Shown: positions 8,968 to 19,100 of the stretch, piece by piece
Layout of the letters: each line of letters opens with the position of its first letter
How positions within the stretch are numbered: the first letter of the stretch is position 1
Virus genome (UHGV): UHGV-1375320
Length of the DNA: 37,336 nucleotides
Source: a virus
Strand: one strand, 5' to 3'
Program-made: the position numbers and the translations under genes
The notes under the pieces: generated by a model
The model's database searches: none
The model's input: the letters and a program-made list of their open reading frames with translations, nothing else
What the model was told of the DNA's origin: nothing

Positions 8968-9180
8968 ATGGAAAGAAAACAATGTCCTTGGGGAGTTGCA
9001 CCTATTGTTTTAGAAAAAATACAAGAAATAGAAAGAATTAAAAAAATTTCTAAAAGGTGTGATGAGTTGATAGCTAAAAACTTAGAAAAAAACAGAAGAT
9101 ATTATGAAGGATTGACTACACCAGCACCAAAAGGAGAAACAAAGGTAAGATTTTATAGAATGGGAGAAGATAAGAAATGA
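8968..9180 (+). CDS. Hypothetical protein
   Basis: 70 aa ORF with an AAAGGTGG RBS. Confidence 0.35.
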   Translation: MERKQCPWGVAPIVLEKIQEIERIKKISKRCDELIAKNLEKNRRYYEGLTTPAPKGETKVRFYRMGEDKK

Positions 9181-9371
9181 CATTAAAAGAGTTAGAGGAG
9201 AAAATAAAAGAGATAAAAGAAGATGGAGCAAAGTATAACATTGAAGATTTTGAGGTAGAAATCTTTGGATATACTAGGAATGGAATTGTTAAACTAAAAA
9301 TTGAGAATAGATATGGAAATCCAAGTTTTGATATAGGAGAGAGAAAAGTATGGATAGCTGCACAAGATTAG
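9177..9371 (+). CDS. Hypothetical protein
   Basis: 64 aa with ATGA overlap to the previous gene. Confidence 0.35.
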   Translation: MTLKELEEKIKEIKEDGAKYNIEDFEVEIFGYTRNGIVKLKIENRYGNPSFDIGERKVWIAAQD

Positions 9372-9428
9372 AAACAAAGAGACAGCAGTTAAAGACTAAA
9401 AAAAATAACTAAAAGGAGAATAGGGGAA

Positions 9429-10010
9429 ATGAAAAAGATAGTGATAGAATTTGCAAGAGATGTTTTGGAGCTAAAAGGTTATGAAGATGAAAAAATAAAA
9501 ATAATTGATGTAACTGGAATTAGTAAAGTAAAAAAAGAAGTAAAAAAACCAGGAATTTTTCAAATTAAAAAAGCGTACGAGGAAGTCGTATATGTTGATA
9601 AAATCACTTACGTTAAAACTTTAATCAAATCAACTGGGGAAACTATAACATTTTCATTTCGTGGTATTGACTCTTTAGTTTATCACATGAGAGAATTGTT
9701 TGAAAAATTATATTCTGATGAAGTTATTGGATTTACTGGTAGAAATGTTGCTAACTTCATAAGAAAAAATTTAGATAATGAATTTATAATTCTAACTTCT
9801 TTAGAAGAGTTTACTAGAATTGGGGGAGCTTTATGTGGTAATGGTTCTGATAAAATTAAAACAGGAATAATTATTCCTAAAGAACATTTAAAAGAAGTGG
9901 CAAACGGATTTGAAAAAATTAACTTTTGGTTTACAAATATAATAGGTATGGAAAGCACAGATGGAGAATCAATTTGCCTAGAAAGTGTATTTTCGGATTG
10001 GCCGTGGTAA
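9429..10010 (+). CDS. Hypothetical protein
   Basis: 193 aa with an AGGAGAATAGGGG RBS. No recognisable motif. Confidence 0.4.
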   Translation: MKKIVIEFARDVLELKGYEDEKIKIIDVTGISKVKKEVKKPGIFQIKKAYEEVVYVDKITYVKTLIKSTGETITFSFRGIDSLVYHMRELFEKLYSDEVIGFTGRNVANFIRKNLDNEFIILTSLEEFTRIGGALCGNGSDKIKTGIIIPKEHLKEVANGFEKINFWFTNIIGMESTDGESICLESVFSDWPW

Positions 10011-10247
10011 AATGAAAACCTGGAATAAAAAGAAAAAACCAAAACATCATAGCAAAGTAAAATATAAAGTTTATCCAAAAAGAAAAGGAATAGTAAGTAC
10101 AGTTAGAGAGTGCAGATGTAAAAAATTTAAAAATTGTTATCTTGTACCAAAACAATTTTTTCTAATTATTTTAACTACTAATAGGAAATCTAAAAAATAT
10201 AAAAAAGTATCAAAACAAACCTGTAAAAAAAAGTATTAAAAGTACAT

Positions 10248-10277
10248 TGTTTTTTATCTCTAAAAATAGTATAATTA
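10248..10277 (+). promoter_or_regulatory. Putative sigma70 promoter for the serine recombinase gene
   Basis: TTGTTT (10248-10253), 17 bp, TATAAT (10271-10276), about 50 nt upstream of the recombinase ATG. It lies inside a 320-bp AT-rich non-coding leader. Confidence 0.4.
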
Positions 10278-10329
10278 TGGTATTAAGTGAAACGAACGAC
10301 AGAATAAATACTAAAAGGAGAGATAAAAG

Positions 10330-11025
10330 ATGATATATGGTTATTGCAGAGTATCTACAAAAAAACAAAATATTTTAAGACAGGTGGAAAATATCATAAA
10401 GATATATTCAACTGCTAAAGTATTTCAAGAAGCATATACAGGAACTACAACAGATAGAAAAGAATGGAGTAAGCTAAAAAAAATGGTTAAACCCGGAGAT
10501 ACAATTATATTTGATTCTGTTAGTAGAATGAGTAGAAATGCAGAAGAGGGAATAAAAGAATATTTTAATTTTGTAGAAAGAGATATTGAACTTATATTTT
10601 TAAAAGAGGGATATATCAATACAGCCCTTTATAAAAAAGCTTTAGAGAATAAAATAGATTCAACAGGAAATAAAATAGCTGATATATACATAGACGCAAC
10701 CAATGAAGTATTGAAGATATTAGCTCAAGAACAAATTAAAATAGCATTTGACCAGGCTGAAAAGGAAGTATTAGACCTTAGAGAAAGAACAAAAGAGGGA
10801 CTAAGAGTTACCAAAGCTAAAGGAACTGTATTAGGTAGAAAACAAGGAGATACTTATACTACCAAGAAAGAAAAGGAGATGAGAGAGAAAATAAAAAAAC
10901 TAGCTAAAGATTTTGGAGGAAATCTTAAAGATATAGAAGTCTTTACACTGCTAGGAATAACTAAGAATACATATTACAAGTATAAGAAAAATATTATATT
11001 AGAGGAGGCACAAAATGAGAAATAA
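10330..11025 (+). CDS. Small serine recombinase (resolvase/invertase family)
   Basis: 231 aa. MIYGYCRVSTKKQ carries the catalytic Ser in the canonical G(Y)xRVST context. The size is typical (~185-230 aa). The C-terminal LLGITKNTYYKYKK is an HTH. It has its own promoter and a long upstream leader. Confidence 0.8.
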   Translation: MIYGYCRVSTKKQNILRQVENIIKIYSTAKVFQEAYTGTTTDRKEWSKLKKMVKPGDTIIFDSVSRMSRNAEEGIKEYFNFVERDIELIFLKEGYINTALYKKALENKIDSTGNKIADIYIDATNEVLKILAQEQIKIAFDQAEKEVLDLRERTKEGLRVTKAKGTVLGRKQGDTYTTKKEKEMREKIKKLAKDFGGNLKDIEVFTLLGITKNTYYKYKKNIILEEAQNEK

Positions 11026-11171
11026 ATTATTTTTAATATTTTATAAATTAATGAGGTATCTATTAAAAAAGAAATATATTAAAACTAGAACTTTCTTTTT
11101 AGTTGTTGGAAGAGTAGGGATTGAAGCAGCGACTACTCTTGAACAATTATCTGTCATAGAAAAACTTATAG

Positions 11172-11690
11172 ATGGAGGTATTAATATTGAAAAAGCACGA
11201 AGTGATTAGAGCAGCTATGCTAGAGCTTGGCTTTCCTTATGATGAGGCAGACCAGGAAACGGCATCAGCTTATAAGACAGGAAATAATTATTATATGATG
11301 ATGATAAATGATATGTTACAAAATGAAAATTATGGAATTAATATAGATAAAGTGGTACTAAGAAAAGCTGATGTACAAAATATGCCTGGGAAGATAATTT
11401 ACTTAAAACCAGATGGGTATATAAAATCACTAACAAGTGGTGTAGAGGCTTATAGGGATAAATTAATCAGTTCAAAAAATAATTTTTTATTTAAATACTT
11501 GAAAAAGATAGACCCAGAAGAAATAGAGGAGAAATATACAAGACTTGCTAGTATATCTTTAGCCATTATGATGGCAGCTCCACTTTCTAAAGCTGGAGAA
11601 TTAAGTAGATTGTATGAACTTTTCTTAGCAGAGCAAAATAAATTTATACATGACAATCCTCCAATAATTAATATAGAGGATTTAAGATAG
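11172..11690 (+). CDS. Hypothetical virion protein (position/size parallels T7 gp11 tail tubular protein A)
   Basis: 172 aa. It is the first gene of the large-protein array, directly preceding the 598-aa gene. No motif; the call rests on synteny alone. Confidence 0.3.
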   Translation: MEVLILKKHEVIRAAMLELGFPYDEADQETASAYKTGNNYYMMMINDMLQNENYGINIDKVVLRKADVQNMPGKIIYLKPDGYIKSLTSGVEAYRDKLISSKNNFLFKYLKKIDPEEIEEKYTRLASISLAIMMAAPLSKAGELSRLYELFLAEQNKFIHDNPPIINIEDLR

Positions 11691-11699
11691 GAGGCAACA

Positions 11700-13496
11700 A
11701 TGAAATATTATGAAAAAAAGGGGAGGTTCTCTTTAGGGGAGATAGACCCACCACTATGTTTTAGGGTAGATACAGATATACCAAACAGAGGATTAGCCTA
11801 TTTAGAAAATGGACTTATAACCTCTTCAGCAGGAATAACTAATTTCCCAGCATTAAAAAAAGTTGCTACTATTCAAGCAGTTACAACTAAAACTATTATA
11901 AATGCTTTCAAGATTTTTAAATATAAAATTCAAAAGAAAGATACCTCGCTTAGTGGGTATCTTTTTTTATTTACTGAATTAAAAGTAATTATATTAAGAG
12001 AAGATAACTTTGAAGTTATAAAGGAAATAGAGGTAAATTACACAGATGAAGAGATTGAGAATCTAAGTATAGCACAATTCCAAAATAGTGTTATAACTTG
12101 TGTAGCTAATAAAAAACCAGAGATGATAAGAGTTACAGAAGATAGTCAAGAGTTTGATGTAGTAGAGTATTGGGAAAATATAGTAAATCCTCCAGTAAAA
12201 AGAGTGGAAACTCAATATCAATATACAGATGAAGAAAAACAAGTATTTCAATGGTATCAATCTGGAGCAAGTGTTGTCTTTGAATCTACTATCTCAAGTC
12301 CTGTATTTAAACCTACATTCCTGGACAAATTAAAAGAGGGAACTATTTCCTATATGGCTGGAGAATTTAGAATCAATAAAATAGAGAATAGAGATGGAAA
12401 ACAAAAGATAACTACTACACAAGTTACAGCACCAGCAGCTGGAATAGATATTCCTACCTCATCAACTCCAGAAGCTGAAAGAAAAATAAATATCCTGGAT
12501 ATAACTTTCTCTGAATCTTTATTCAATGGTGGTTATCCAGCAGTAGTGGCAGAGTATAAAGGTAGAGTAATCTTTGGAAATGTTGCAGGTAACCCATCAG
12601 CTATAGTGTCAAGTAGGGTATATGACTCTACTAACTTTAGACAATCAACAGATGATAATGATGGATTTACTACCTTTGTTACTGGTAATGAAGTTAATAC
12701 TGTTAAAGAGTTTATAGCTTATAAATCCTTGATAGTAATAACAGATAGAGGAATTTATTCCACACAATTAAATGAGGGACTAACTACTGAAACATCAGCA
12801 CTGTACGACCAAAAACTACCAAGACCTAAAGGGCTTGGGTATTGGACAGAGGCAGACGACGCAATATACTATGTTGATAGCTCAAATAGAATATATCAAA
12901 TCCAAGACGTAGGGGCAGATAGTGCTTATGTAGTGCAGGAAGTAACACTATATTCTGGACACTTAATGGATAACATCAATGATATTTACTTTCATAAATT
13001 GGGTAAAAACAACATTATAGGAGTAGATACAGTAAGTGGTGGAAGAGCATTAAGCTACAATTATTCAGAAAATATATTATGTTGGACTAGAGTACCTAAA
13101 TTGCCTGGAATAAATGAATATCTTAATATAGATGATAAACTCTATATCTTCAATGTTAATAATGAAAATATAGATATATATACTTATTCAGAAACAGAAG
13201 TAGAGCCTTTAAAGTTAAAACTACCAAAAACAACTATGTCACAAAACTACCAAATGCCAATTCCAGAATTTTTAATGAAAGCAAGATTTAAAAATTGTAA
13301 AATTTTGTGTTATGGAAATTATAACTTAAAAATAAATAATCAAACTAAAACAGTAGGCTTTGGAGAAAATACAGATAATTTTTATGAAAAAATTCACTAC
13401 ATAGACATGGCCAACATTGGAAAAGAGGAATTAGTTATAGAGCAACTCAATAATGAGAAAATTGAAATAGTAGGAATATTTGCAGAAATAGGATAA
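11700..13496 (+). CDS. Hypothetical virion structural protein (position parallels T7 gp12 tail tubular protein B)
   Basis: 598 aa with an AGGAGG RBS. It has a beta-rich composition typical of tail/baseplate proteins. The call rests on synteny alone. Confidence 0.35.
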   Translation: MKYYEKKGRFSLGEIDPPLCFRVDTDIPNRGLAYLENGLITSSAGITNFPALKKVATIQAVTTKTIINAFKIFKYKIQKKDTSLSGYLFLFTELKVIILREDNFEVIKEIEVNYTDEEIENLSIAQFQNSVITCVANKKPEMIRVTEDSQEFDVVEYWENIVNPPVKRVETQYQYTDEEKQVFQWYQSGASVVFESTISSPVFKPTFLDKLKEGTISYMAGEFRINKIENRDGKQKITTTQVTAPAAGIDIPTSSTPEAERKINILDITFSESLFNGGYPAVVAEYKGRVIFGNVAGNPSAIVSSRVYDSTNFRQSTDDNDGFTTFVTGNEVNTVKEFIAYKSLIVITDRGIYSTQLNEGLTTETSALYDQKLPRPKGLGYWTEADDAIYYVDSSNRIYQIQDVGADSAYVVQEVTLYSGHLMDNINDIYFHKLGKNNIIGVDTVSGGRALSYNYSENILCWTRVPKLPGINEYLNIDDKLYIFNVNNENIDIYTYSETEVEPLKLKLPKTTMSQNYQMPIPEFLMKARFKNCKILCYGNYNLKINNQTKTVGFGENTDNFYEKIHYIDMANIGKEELVIEQLNNEKIEIVGIFAEIG

Positions 13497-13511
13497 TAGG
13501 AGTGTGAGAAT

Positions 13512-14048
13512 ATGAATCCATTAATGATAATGCAATTAGCAAGCACTGGACTAAGTCTATTCGGTTCAGTGGCAGACGCTGGAAGAGCAAATAATCAAAC
13601 AAAATTAAATAATATGGTAGCTGATGTAAATGCAGCTAAAGAAACTACCAATACTATGAGGAGCTATACATCAGCTATGGAAGAGATGACTACTAGAATG
13701 AAATCTCAAAAAGCAGCTTTTGCTAATGCTGGAATAGATACAGCTAGCACATTATTTAGCAAAGGAATGACAGCACATGAAAAATCATTCCTAGAAGCTA
13801 AGACAGGACAGAGTGAAGCACTGACAGATATACAAGGAGGGCTTAAACTAACTAAAGCTCAAAATAATTATAATTTAGGAGTAACTTATAAGCAACTTGG
13901 ATTGAGTGCAGGGTTAAGTGTAGCTAATGCCTTTATGGACTACACACATATGAAAAAAATGGACGAAATAACAAGTATAAATAAAAATAAAGGTATTCAA
14001 AGTGGAGGATATGGAAGTATGATAGGAAGTTTATGGGGTGGTAAATAA
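13512..14048 (+). CDS. Hypothetical virion protein (size/position parallel T7 gp14 internal core protein)
   Basis: 178 aa. N-terminal hydrophobic segment MNPLMIMQLASTGLSLFGSV and a Gly-rich C-terminus. ATGA-type overlap with the next gene. Confidence 0.35.
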   Translation: MNPLMIMQLASTGLSLFGSVADAGRANNQTKLNNMVADVNAAKETTNTMRSYTSAMEEMTTRMKSQKAAFANAGIDTASTLFSKGMTAHEKSFLEAKTGQSEALTDIQGGLKLTKAQNNYNLGVTYKQLGLSAGLSVANAFMDYTHMKKMDEITSINKNKGIQSGGYGSMIGSLWGGK

Positions 14049-16174
14049 TGGCAGGAACATTAATACAACCTTTAAAAATAAATAGACCAAGTGGTAGAGC
14101 AGTACCACAATTAAATATAGCTGCAGATTTTGGAGTAGAGAGAAATGCAGCTACTAAAATAGAGGAACTTTTCCAGAAAAAACAAAAGCAAGACTTAATA
14201 CAAGCAGAAACATTCGGGCAGCAATTTGCTGCCTCTATGTCTAAAATGATATTAGATAGAGATAACCAGGGAAAAATAAATAAAAAATTATTCCATAATT
14301 TTGATTCTTATAACTCTTTAGAAAGTGAAATAAAAGCTAATATAGAGCAATTTAAAAAAGATGGAAAAGAATTAGGAATAGATGATTCTATATTAGAAAA
14401 ATATAGTTCTATGGTAACAGGAGAGCTTGAAAAATCAAATGTAAATTATTTAGTTGAATATAATGACTATAATGAGAAAATTCAAAAAGATGAAGCTAAC
14501 AGAATTATAAGAATGAAAGGAGATAATCTTTCATCAGTTGCTATGCTTGGAGATTATCAAGGAGCAGTACAAGGTTTTTACAATGTAGCTCAAGATTTAG
14601 ATAGAGCAATAGAAGCAGGATATATAGATGGGACAAAAGCTATTGAACTTGCTAGCAAGCAAAGACAAGATATTATAGTAAGTTATGTGTCATCTTTTGT
14701 AAATCAACCAAATGGTAAATCAATTCTTGAAAATATGTCTACTTGGAATACTTCTCAATTTATGGAAAAGTTTTCAGAACTTAACTTTAAAAATGATACA
14801 GGAGAATTTTATTTGACAGTAGATGACTATAACAAATTTCAATCTACTATAACAAGTGGAATTACAAGAATAAATAATAAAGAAAAATTAAATAAGCAAA
14901 ATACTATGGTTGAGAGATTAAAGTATGAACAAAAGAAAAAAACAAACTCTTTAGAAATTGCTTTAACAGAAGACCAAGTGTCAGCAGATGGGTATATTCC
15001 AGAAAGCACACATGTAAAAGCTACATATTACGCACATGGATTGGAGGGTATACCAAATATACCTACCACAATAAATGGACTAATAGAGGCTGGATATAAC
15101 CCACCTTGGAAAGAAAAAGGTTTAAATGATACCACAGAAGTATATAAAAATCCTAATTTAACAGGAGAAGGAATAATGAACTTTAGACAACAAGAAGCTG
15201 AAAGATTAGCTAATGGTTATGGATATGGAGCAGTAAAAAACTTCTATGATACCACAGATGAGAATATAATAGGTGGAAGTATGCTTATGGAAACATACCA
15301 GATGAATACTACCTTTAAAGATGAGTTTGACAAAGTATATAGTTCTGATAACAGAAAAATACTTGCTAATTTTGATAAAGTTCAAATAACTGATTTTTCT
15401 ACTTTAAAAGAATATAATACAGAATTTCAAGGAGTAGATGACCCATATTATGCTACTCCTACAAGTTTTATGTCTGGCCAGGTTAGTAGAAAACCACAAA
15501 AGACAATGTCAATAGCTGCAGGTGGTAAAATAGCTGGACTACAAGTAGCAGCCAATAATGGAAGTTTAGCAGCTACAAGAGCAACTAAAGATATAACTCA
15601 AATAGCAACTGACACACTAATATTAGAGTTGTATTCTAAATATGGTGGTGTAATAACAGATGATTTAGCTGATAAAGGAGGACTAAAAGAAAAATATGTA
15701 GGTCAACCTATAGCTAGTTTAACCCCAGAGCAACAAAGGACTTTCCTTAAAGGAGTTTTAGAAAATGATAAATCAATAAGAGAAACTGTAAATTCCAGGG
15801 TAGAAAATGTAGTTAATGCTATGACAGAGGGGCTAGATACTATTAATTTAGGGAATAATAGAGTTATATTTGCACCTAAAATAATAAAAGAAGAGGAGAG
15901 AACTAACTTTATAACAGGTCAAATAGATAGAGGTTTTGTTGTTAAAGAAAGAGATATAGAAAAAACTCAAAAAGCTATAAATGAAATGATAGCTAAAAAT
16001 ACATATAAAGTTAATTTGAATGGAACTATTAAAGAAATAGGAGATAAGAAAAATATAACTTTTGTACAAGATATAGGGAGCACAAAGGTAAGACTTTTCT
16101 ATGGTATACAACCAGTCTTTACTGATAGTGGATATGCAGTATTTGATATAGAAGAGTTTATTAAGGAGGAATAA
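14048..16174 (+). CDS. Hypothetical large virion protein (size/position parallel T7 gp15 internal core protein)
   Basis: 708 aa, translationally coupled (ATAATGG) to both neighbours. Confidence 0.35.
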   Translation: MAGTLIQPLKINRPSGRAVPQLNIAADFGVERNAATKIEELFQKKQKQDLIQAETFGQQFAASMSKMILDRDNQGKINKKLFHNFDSYNSLESEIKANIEQFKKDGKELGIDDSILEKYSSMVTGELEKSNVNYLVEYNDYNEKIQKDEANRIIRMKGDNLSSVAMLGDYQGAVQGFYNVAQDLDRAIEAGYIDGTKAIELASKQRQDIIVSYVSSFVNQPNGKSILENMSTWNTSQFMEKFSELNFKNDTGEFYLTVDDYNKFQSTITSGITRINNKEKLNKQNTMVERLKYEQKKKTNSLEIALTEDQVSADGYIPESTHVKATYYAHGLEGIPNIPTTINGLIEAGYNPPWKEKGLNDTTEVYKNPNLTGEGIMNFRQQEAERLANGYGYGAVKNFYDTTDENIIGGSMLMETYQMNTTFKDEFDKVYSSDNRKILANFDKVQITDFSTLKEYNTEFQGVDDPYYATPTSFMSGQVSRKPQKTMSIAAGGKIAGLQVAANNGSLAATRATKDITQIATDTLILELYSKYGGVITDDLADKGGLKEKYVGQPIASLTPEQQRTFLKGVLENDKSIRETVNSRVENVVNAMTEGLDTINLGNNRVIFAPKIIKEEERTNFITGQIDRGFVVKERDIEKTQKAINEMIAKNTYKVNLNGTIKEIGDKKNITFVQDIGSTKVRLFYGIQPVFTDSGYAVFDIEEFIKEE

Positions 16175-19100
16175 TGGCAGGACTTGTAACTTATGGTAAT
16201 AAATTATCTTTAGAGGGTAATGATAATGTAATTAAAATAAATAAAGAATATTATGAGGCTAACAAAGAAAATATAGAAAAATTCAACGTTGTAGGTAATA
16301 AAGTATCTTATGATATACCACAATTAGAAATTATAGGAGATATATTATCTAGTTCTAAAAATATTGCAAAATCAACTTACTATAGTTGGTTAGGAGCTGC
16401 ATATAAAAGTGCAACAGGAGAAACAAAACCTATAGATTTTTTAAAAACAGCAGAGGAAAACCATATAAAATATAAAGATTTTGCAAGTAACTTTAAAGAT
16501 AGCTTTAGAAAAAAAATAGAATTAGAACCCAATATAACTCAAAAGTGGGCTATGAGTGCAGGAGCAGAGAGTTTAAGAGTTGCTACTGATGTAAGACAAC
16601 TCCCTGTATTACTTGGGACCACTCTTTTAACTCCGTATGTTGCAGGATATATAGGAGCTACTTCTGTAGCTGGTAGACTTGGAACAACGGCAGTTTTAAA
16701 TGGTATAGAAAATATGGTGCAAGAAAGTGCAGATATTTATATATCAGAGGGTAGAACTCCAGAACTTGATGAGATTATTTATTCTGGAGTTGGTGGAGCT
16801 GGTGCAGGACTTTTATTTGCTGGTCTAGGAATGGGAATAGGTAAGGTAGCTAATAAAATAGAAACTAAGTTTGATAATATAGCAAGAAAAAAGAAATCCC
16901 AAGAAATAATAATAAATCTATTTTCAGAGGCTGATAAAAAAATACAAGAAAGCTCTATATTAAATAATGGAGATATGACTATAAAAGATTTAGAAAATAC
17001 AGTAGGAATAAAAGATAATCTAGGTATTATAAACGAATATAAAGGTTCTCAAGGTAGTGAAAAATTTTTATTTAAGCATTTATATATAAATGATGTTAAT
17101 AAATTTCAAGCTGACTTATATGCTAGGTCTATTGTCTTAAAAATGATAGATGACCCAGATATAGACTTTATCAAAAATGGAGCTGACTTCAACAAAATTT
17201 TAAATGAAAATCCAATTCTTATAAGAAATTTAGCAAAAGAATATATTGATAGTGGAAAACTTGGAGAGGGAGAAAAGAAAGCTTTTGAGTTCTTTTTAGA
17301 CTTAACTAACCCAGACAAGATAACTGATGTAAGAGTTGATGTCCCAGGAATGATGGAAGAGGTTGATAAAAATCTTAATGGCAACGATAGTGGGTATGAA
17401 CCTTTATTTGAAGATATGAAAGTACAACATCATATAGTTGATAGTGAAACTTTTGAAAGAAAAAAAAGAAAAATAAAGCATAATTATAAAGACTTTCCCA
17501 AAGGGACATTACAAGCAAACCTTGAAAAAGATGGAATTATTCCACCAGGTGCAAATGTTAAGTATGTAAGAGGAGCTATTGAGAAAACACCATATCAAGA
17601 CTTGGTACATATTACAGAACATGGAACTCCAATTACTAGAAAAAAATGGTTAAAGGGAGATGCCCATATCAACTTTGAATATGAAATAGATGGTAAGAAA
17701 TATTATGGAGATTATAGACTTACAGAGCAATATGGATATTTAGGAGATACATATGAGCTTGATATTAACGCAGCACCAGGAACACAAAAAAATATAACAC
17801 CCCAAAGAAAAGTAACTAATATAGTAGATGATATGAATGGAACTCCAGAACCAATAAAACCTATTAGTGTTGAAGAGATGAGGAGCATAGTATATAAAGA
17901 ATTAGGACTAGATAAAACTTTTGGAGAACTAGGACAGAAACAACTTACAGAAGAGTTGGTTTATAGTTACAGTAAAAAAGTAGGGGAAGTTATAAGAAAA
18001 AAATATAATATAAATTCCCTGGAAGAAATGGCAGATTTTTATAAAAAAAGATATGGAATATACTTTAAATTTAAAGGATTTGCAGACTTAAAAGGAGCTA
18101 AAGGGGAAACTATAATAAGAAAAGCTAGAGGAACAAACGAACTTATAGGAGATATAGAAATATTTATTAGTAACAATATTCCAGATTTAGAAACACAATT
18201 AGGAGTGATGAGGCACGAATTACAACATGTATTTGACTTTTACAAAAACCCAGAATTTAAAAGTCAGCCATTTTTCACACCTGTTATATTTGCTAATAGT
18301 GAAGTAGGGGATAGATTAAATAGACTTGGTCGTGGACACTTTGCAGATTTTCCAGAGGAATATTTTGAACTATCGTATCTTATAAAAAATAAGTTAGATA
18401 ACTTAATAAATGGAGAAAAACTTGATAACGAAATAGTAGAAGTATTAAAACTTGAATTACCAAAAACAGTAGGTAAAGAAGATATAGAAGTATATAAAAG
18501 TATGCTAAAGGCAGCTCAAACAGAAAGCGACCCAGCAAAAGCAGTAGCAGAGCTTAGAAAAAGTTTTAGTAAGTATGCTAAGTGGAAAAATGATATACCA
18601 GAGATATTTTGGAAAGCTAAAGACGTTGGACAAGCTTCATCACTTATGAGTGAATATCTTGAAACAAATTTATTTATTCCATACGAGAAAACTAAGCAAC
18701 AAATGGAAGGCATGCTAACTAATGCTTTCAATATAACTTATAAAGGCGAGAAATTAAATCCAGATAAATTAATAAGTTTATTTGAAGAGAATGGAGAAAA
18801 TCTAACTCATTATCTATTTAGATGGAATTATAAAAGTTTACCAGATAGCTTAAAAGAGCTTGAACCAGAGATACTAAAATTAAGAGAAGAGTTTTATAGC
18901 ACTATGAAAGAATTGACAAATGGTTATGAGATAACAGTAGATGACATTGTCAATAATTTTATGTTTGACCATAACCTAAGTGCAGAAAAATATATAAGAC
19001 AAGAAGATATATTGAAATATTTAGGAGATGATAAAAAGGTTGATTTAGATAAATTTATAAGAGGAGATTTGAGTTATGATAATTTAGTAGAACTTAATAT

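Noticed and set aside
9985-10239. 84-aa extremely basic ORF (KKKKPKHHSKVKYKVY…) upstream of the recombinase
   Set aside because: It is the product of translating poly-A/AAG-rich non-coding leader DNA. It overlaps the previous gene's end in another frame, has no RBS, and covers the promoter/putative res region.
10330-11025. Serine recombinase as the prophage integrase
   Set aside because: At 231 aa it lacks the large C-terminal recombinase and zinc-ribbon domains of phage large-serine integrases. A resolvase or invertase role is more consistent, and the element carries rep and par genes instead.
11015-11209. 64-aa ORF between the recombinase and the 172-aa gene
   Set aside because: No RBS, it overlaps both neighbours, and the sequence looks like intergenic DNA (AT-rich with a short GC patch). 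It is left uncalled, though a tiny protein cannot be excluded.
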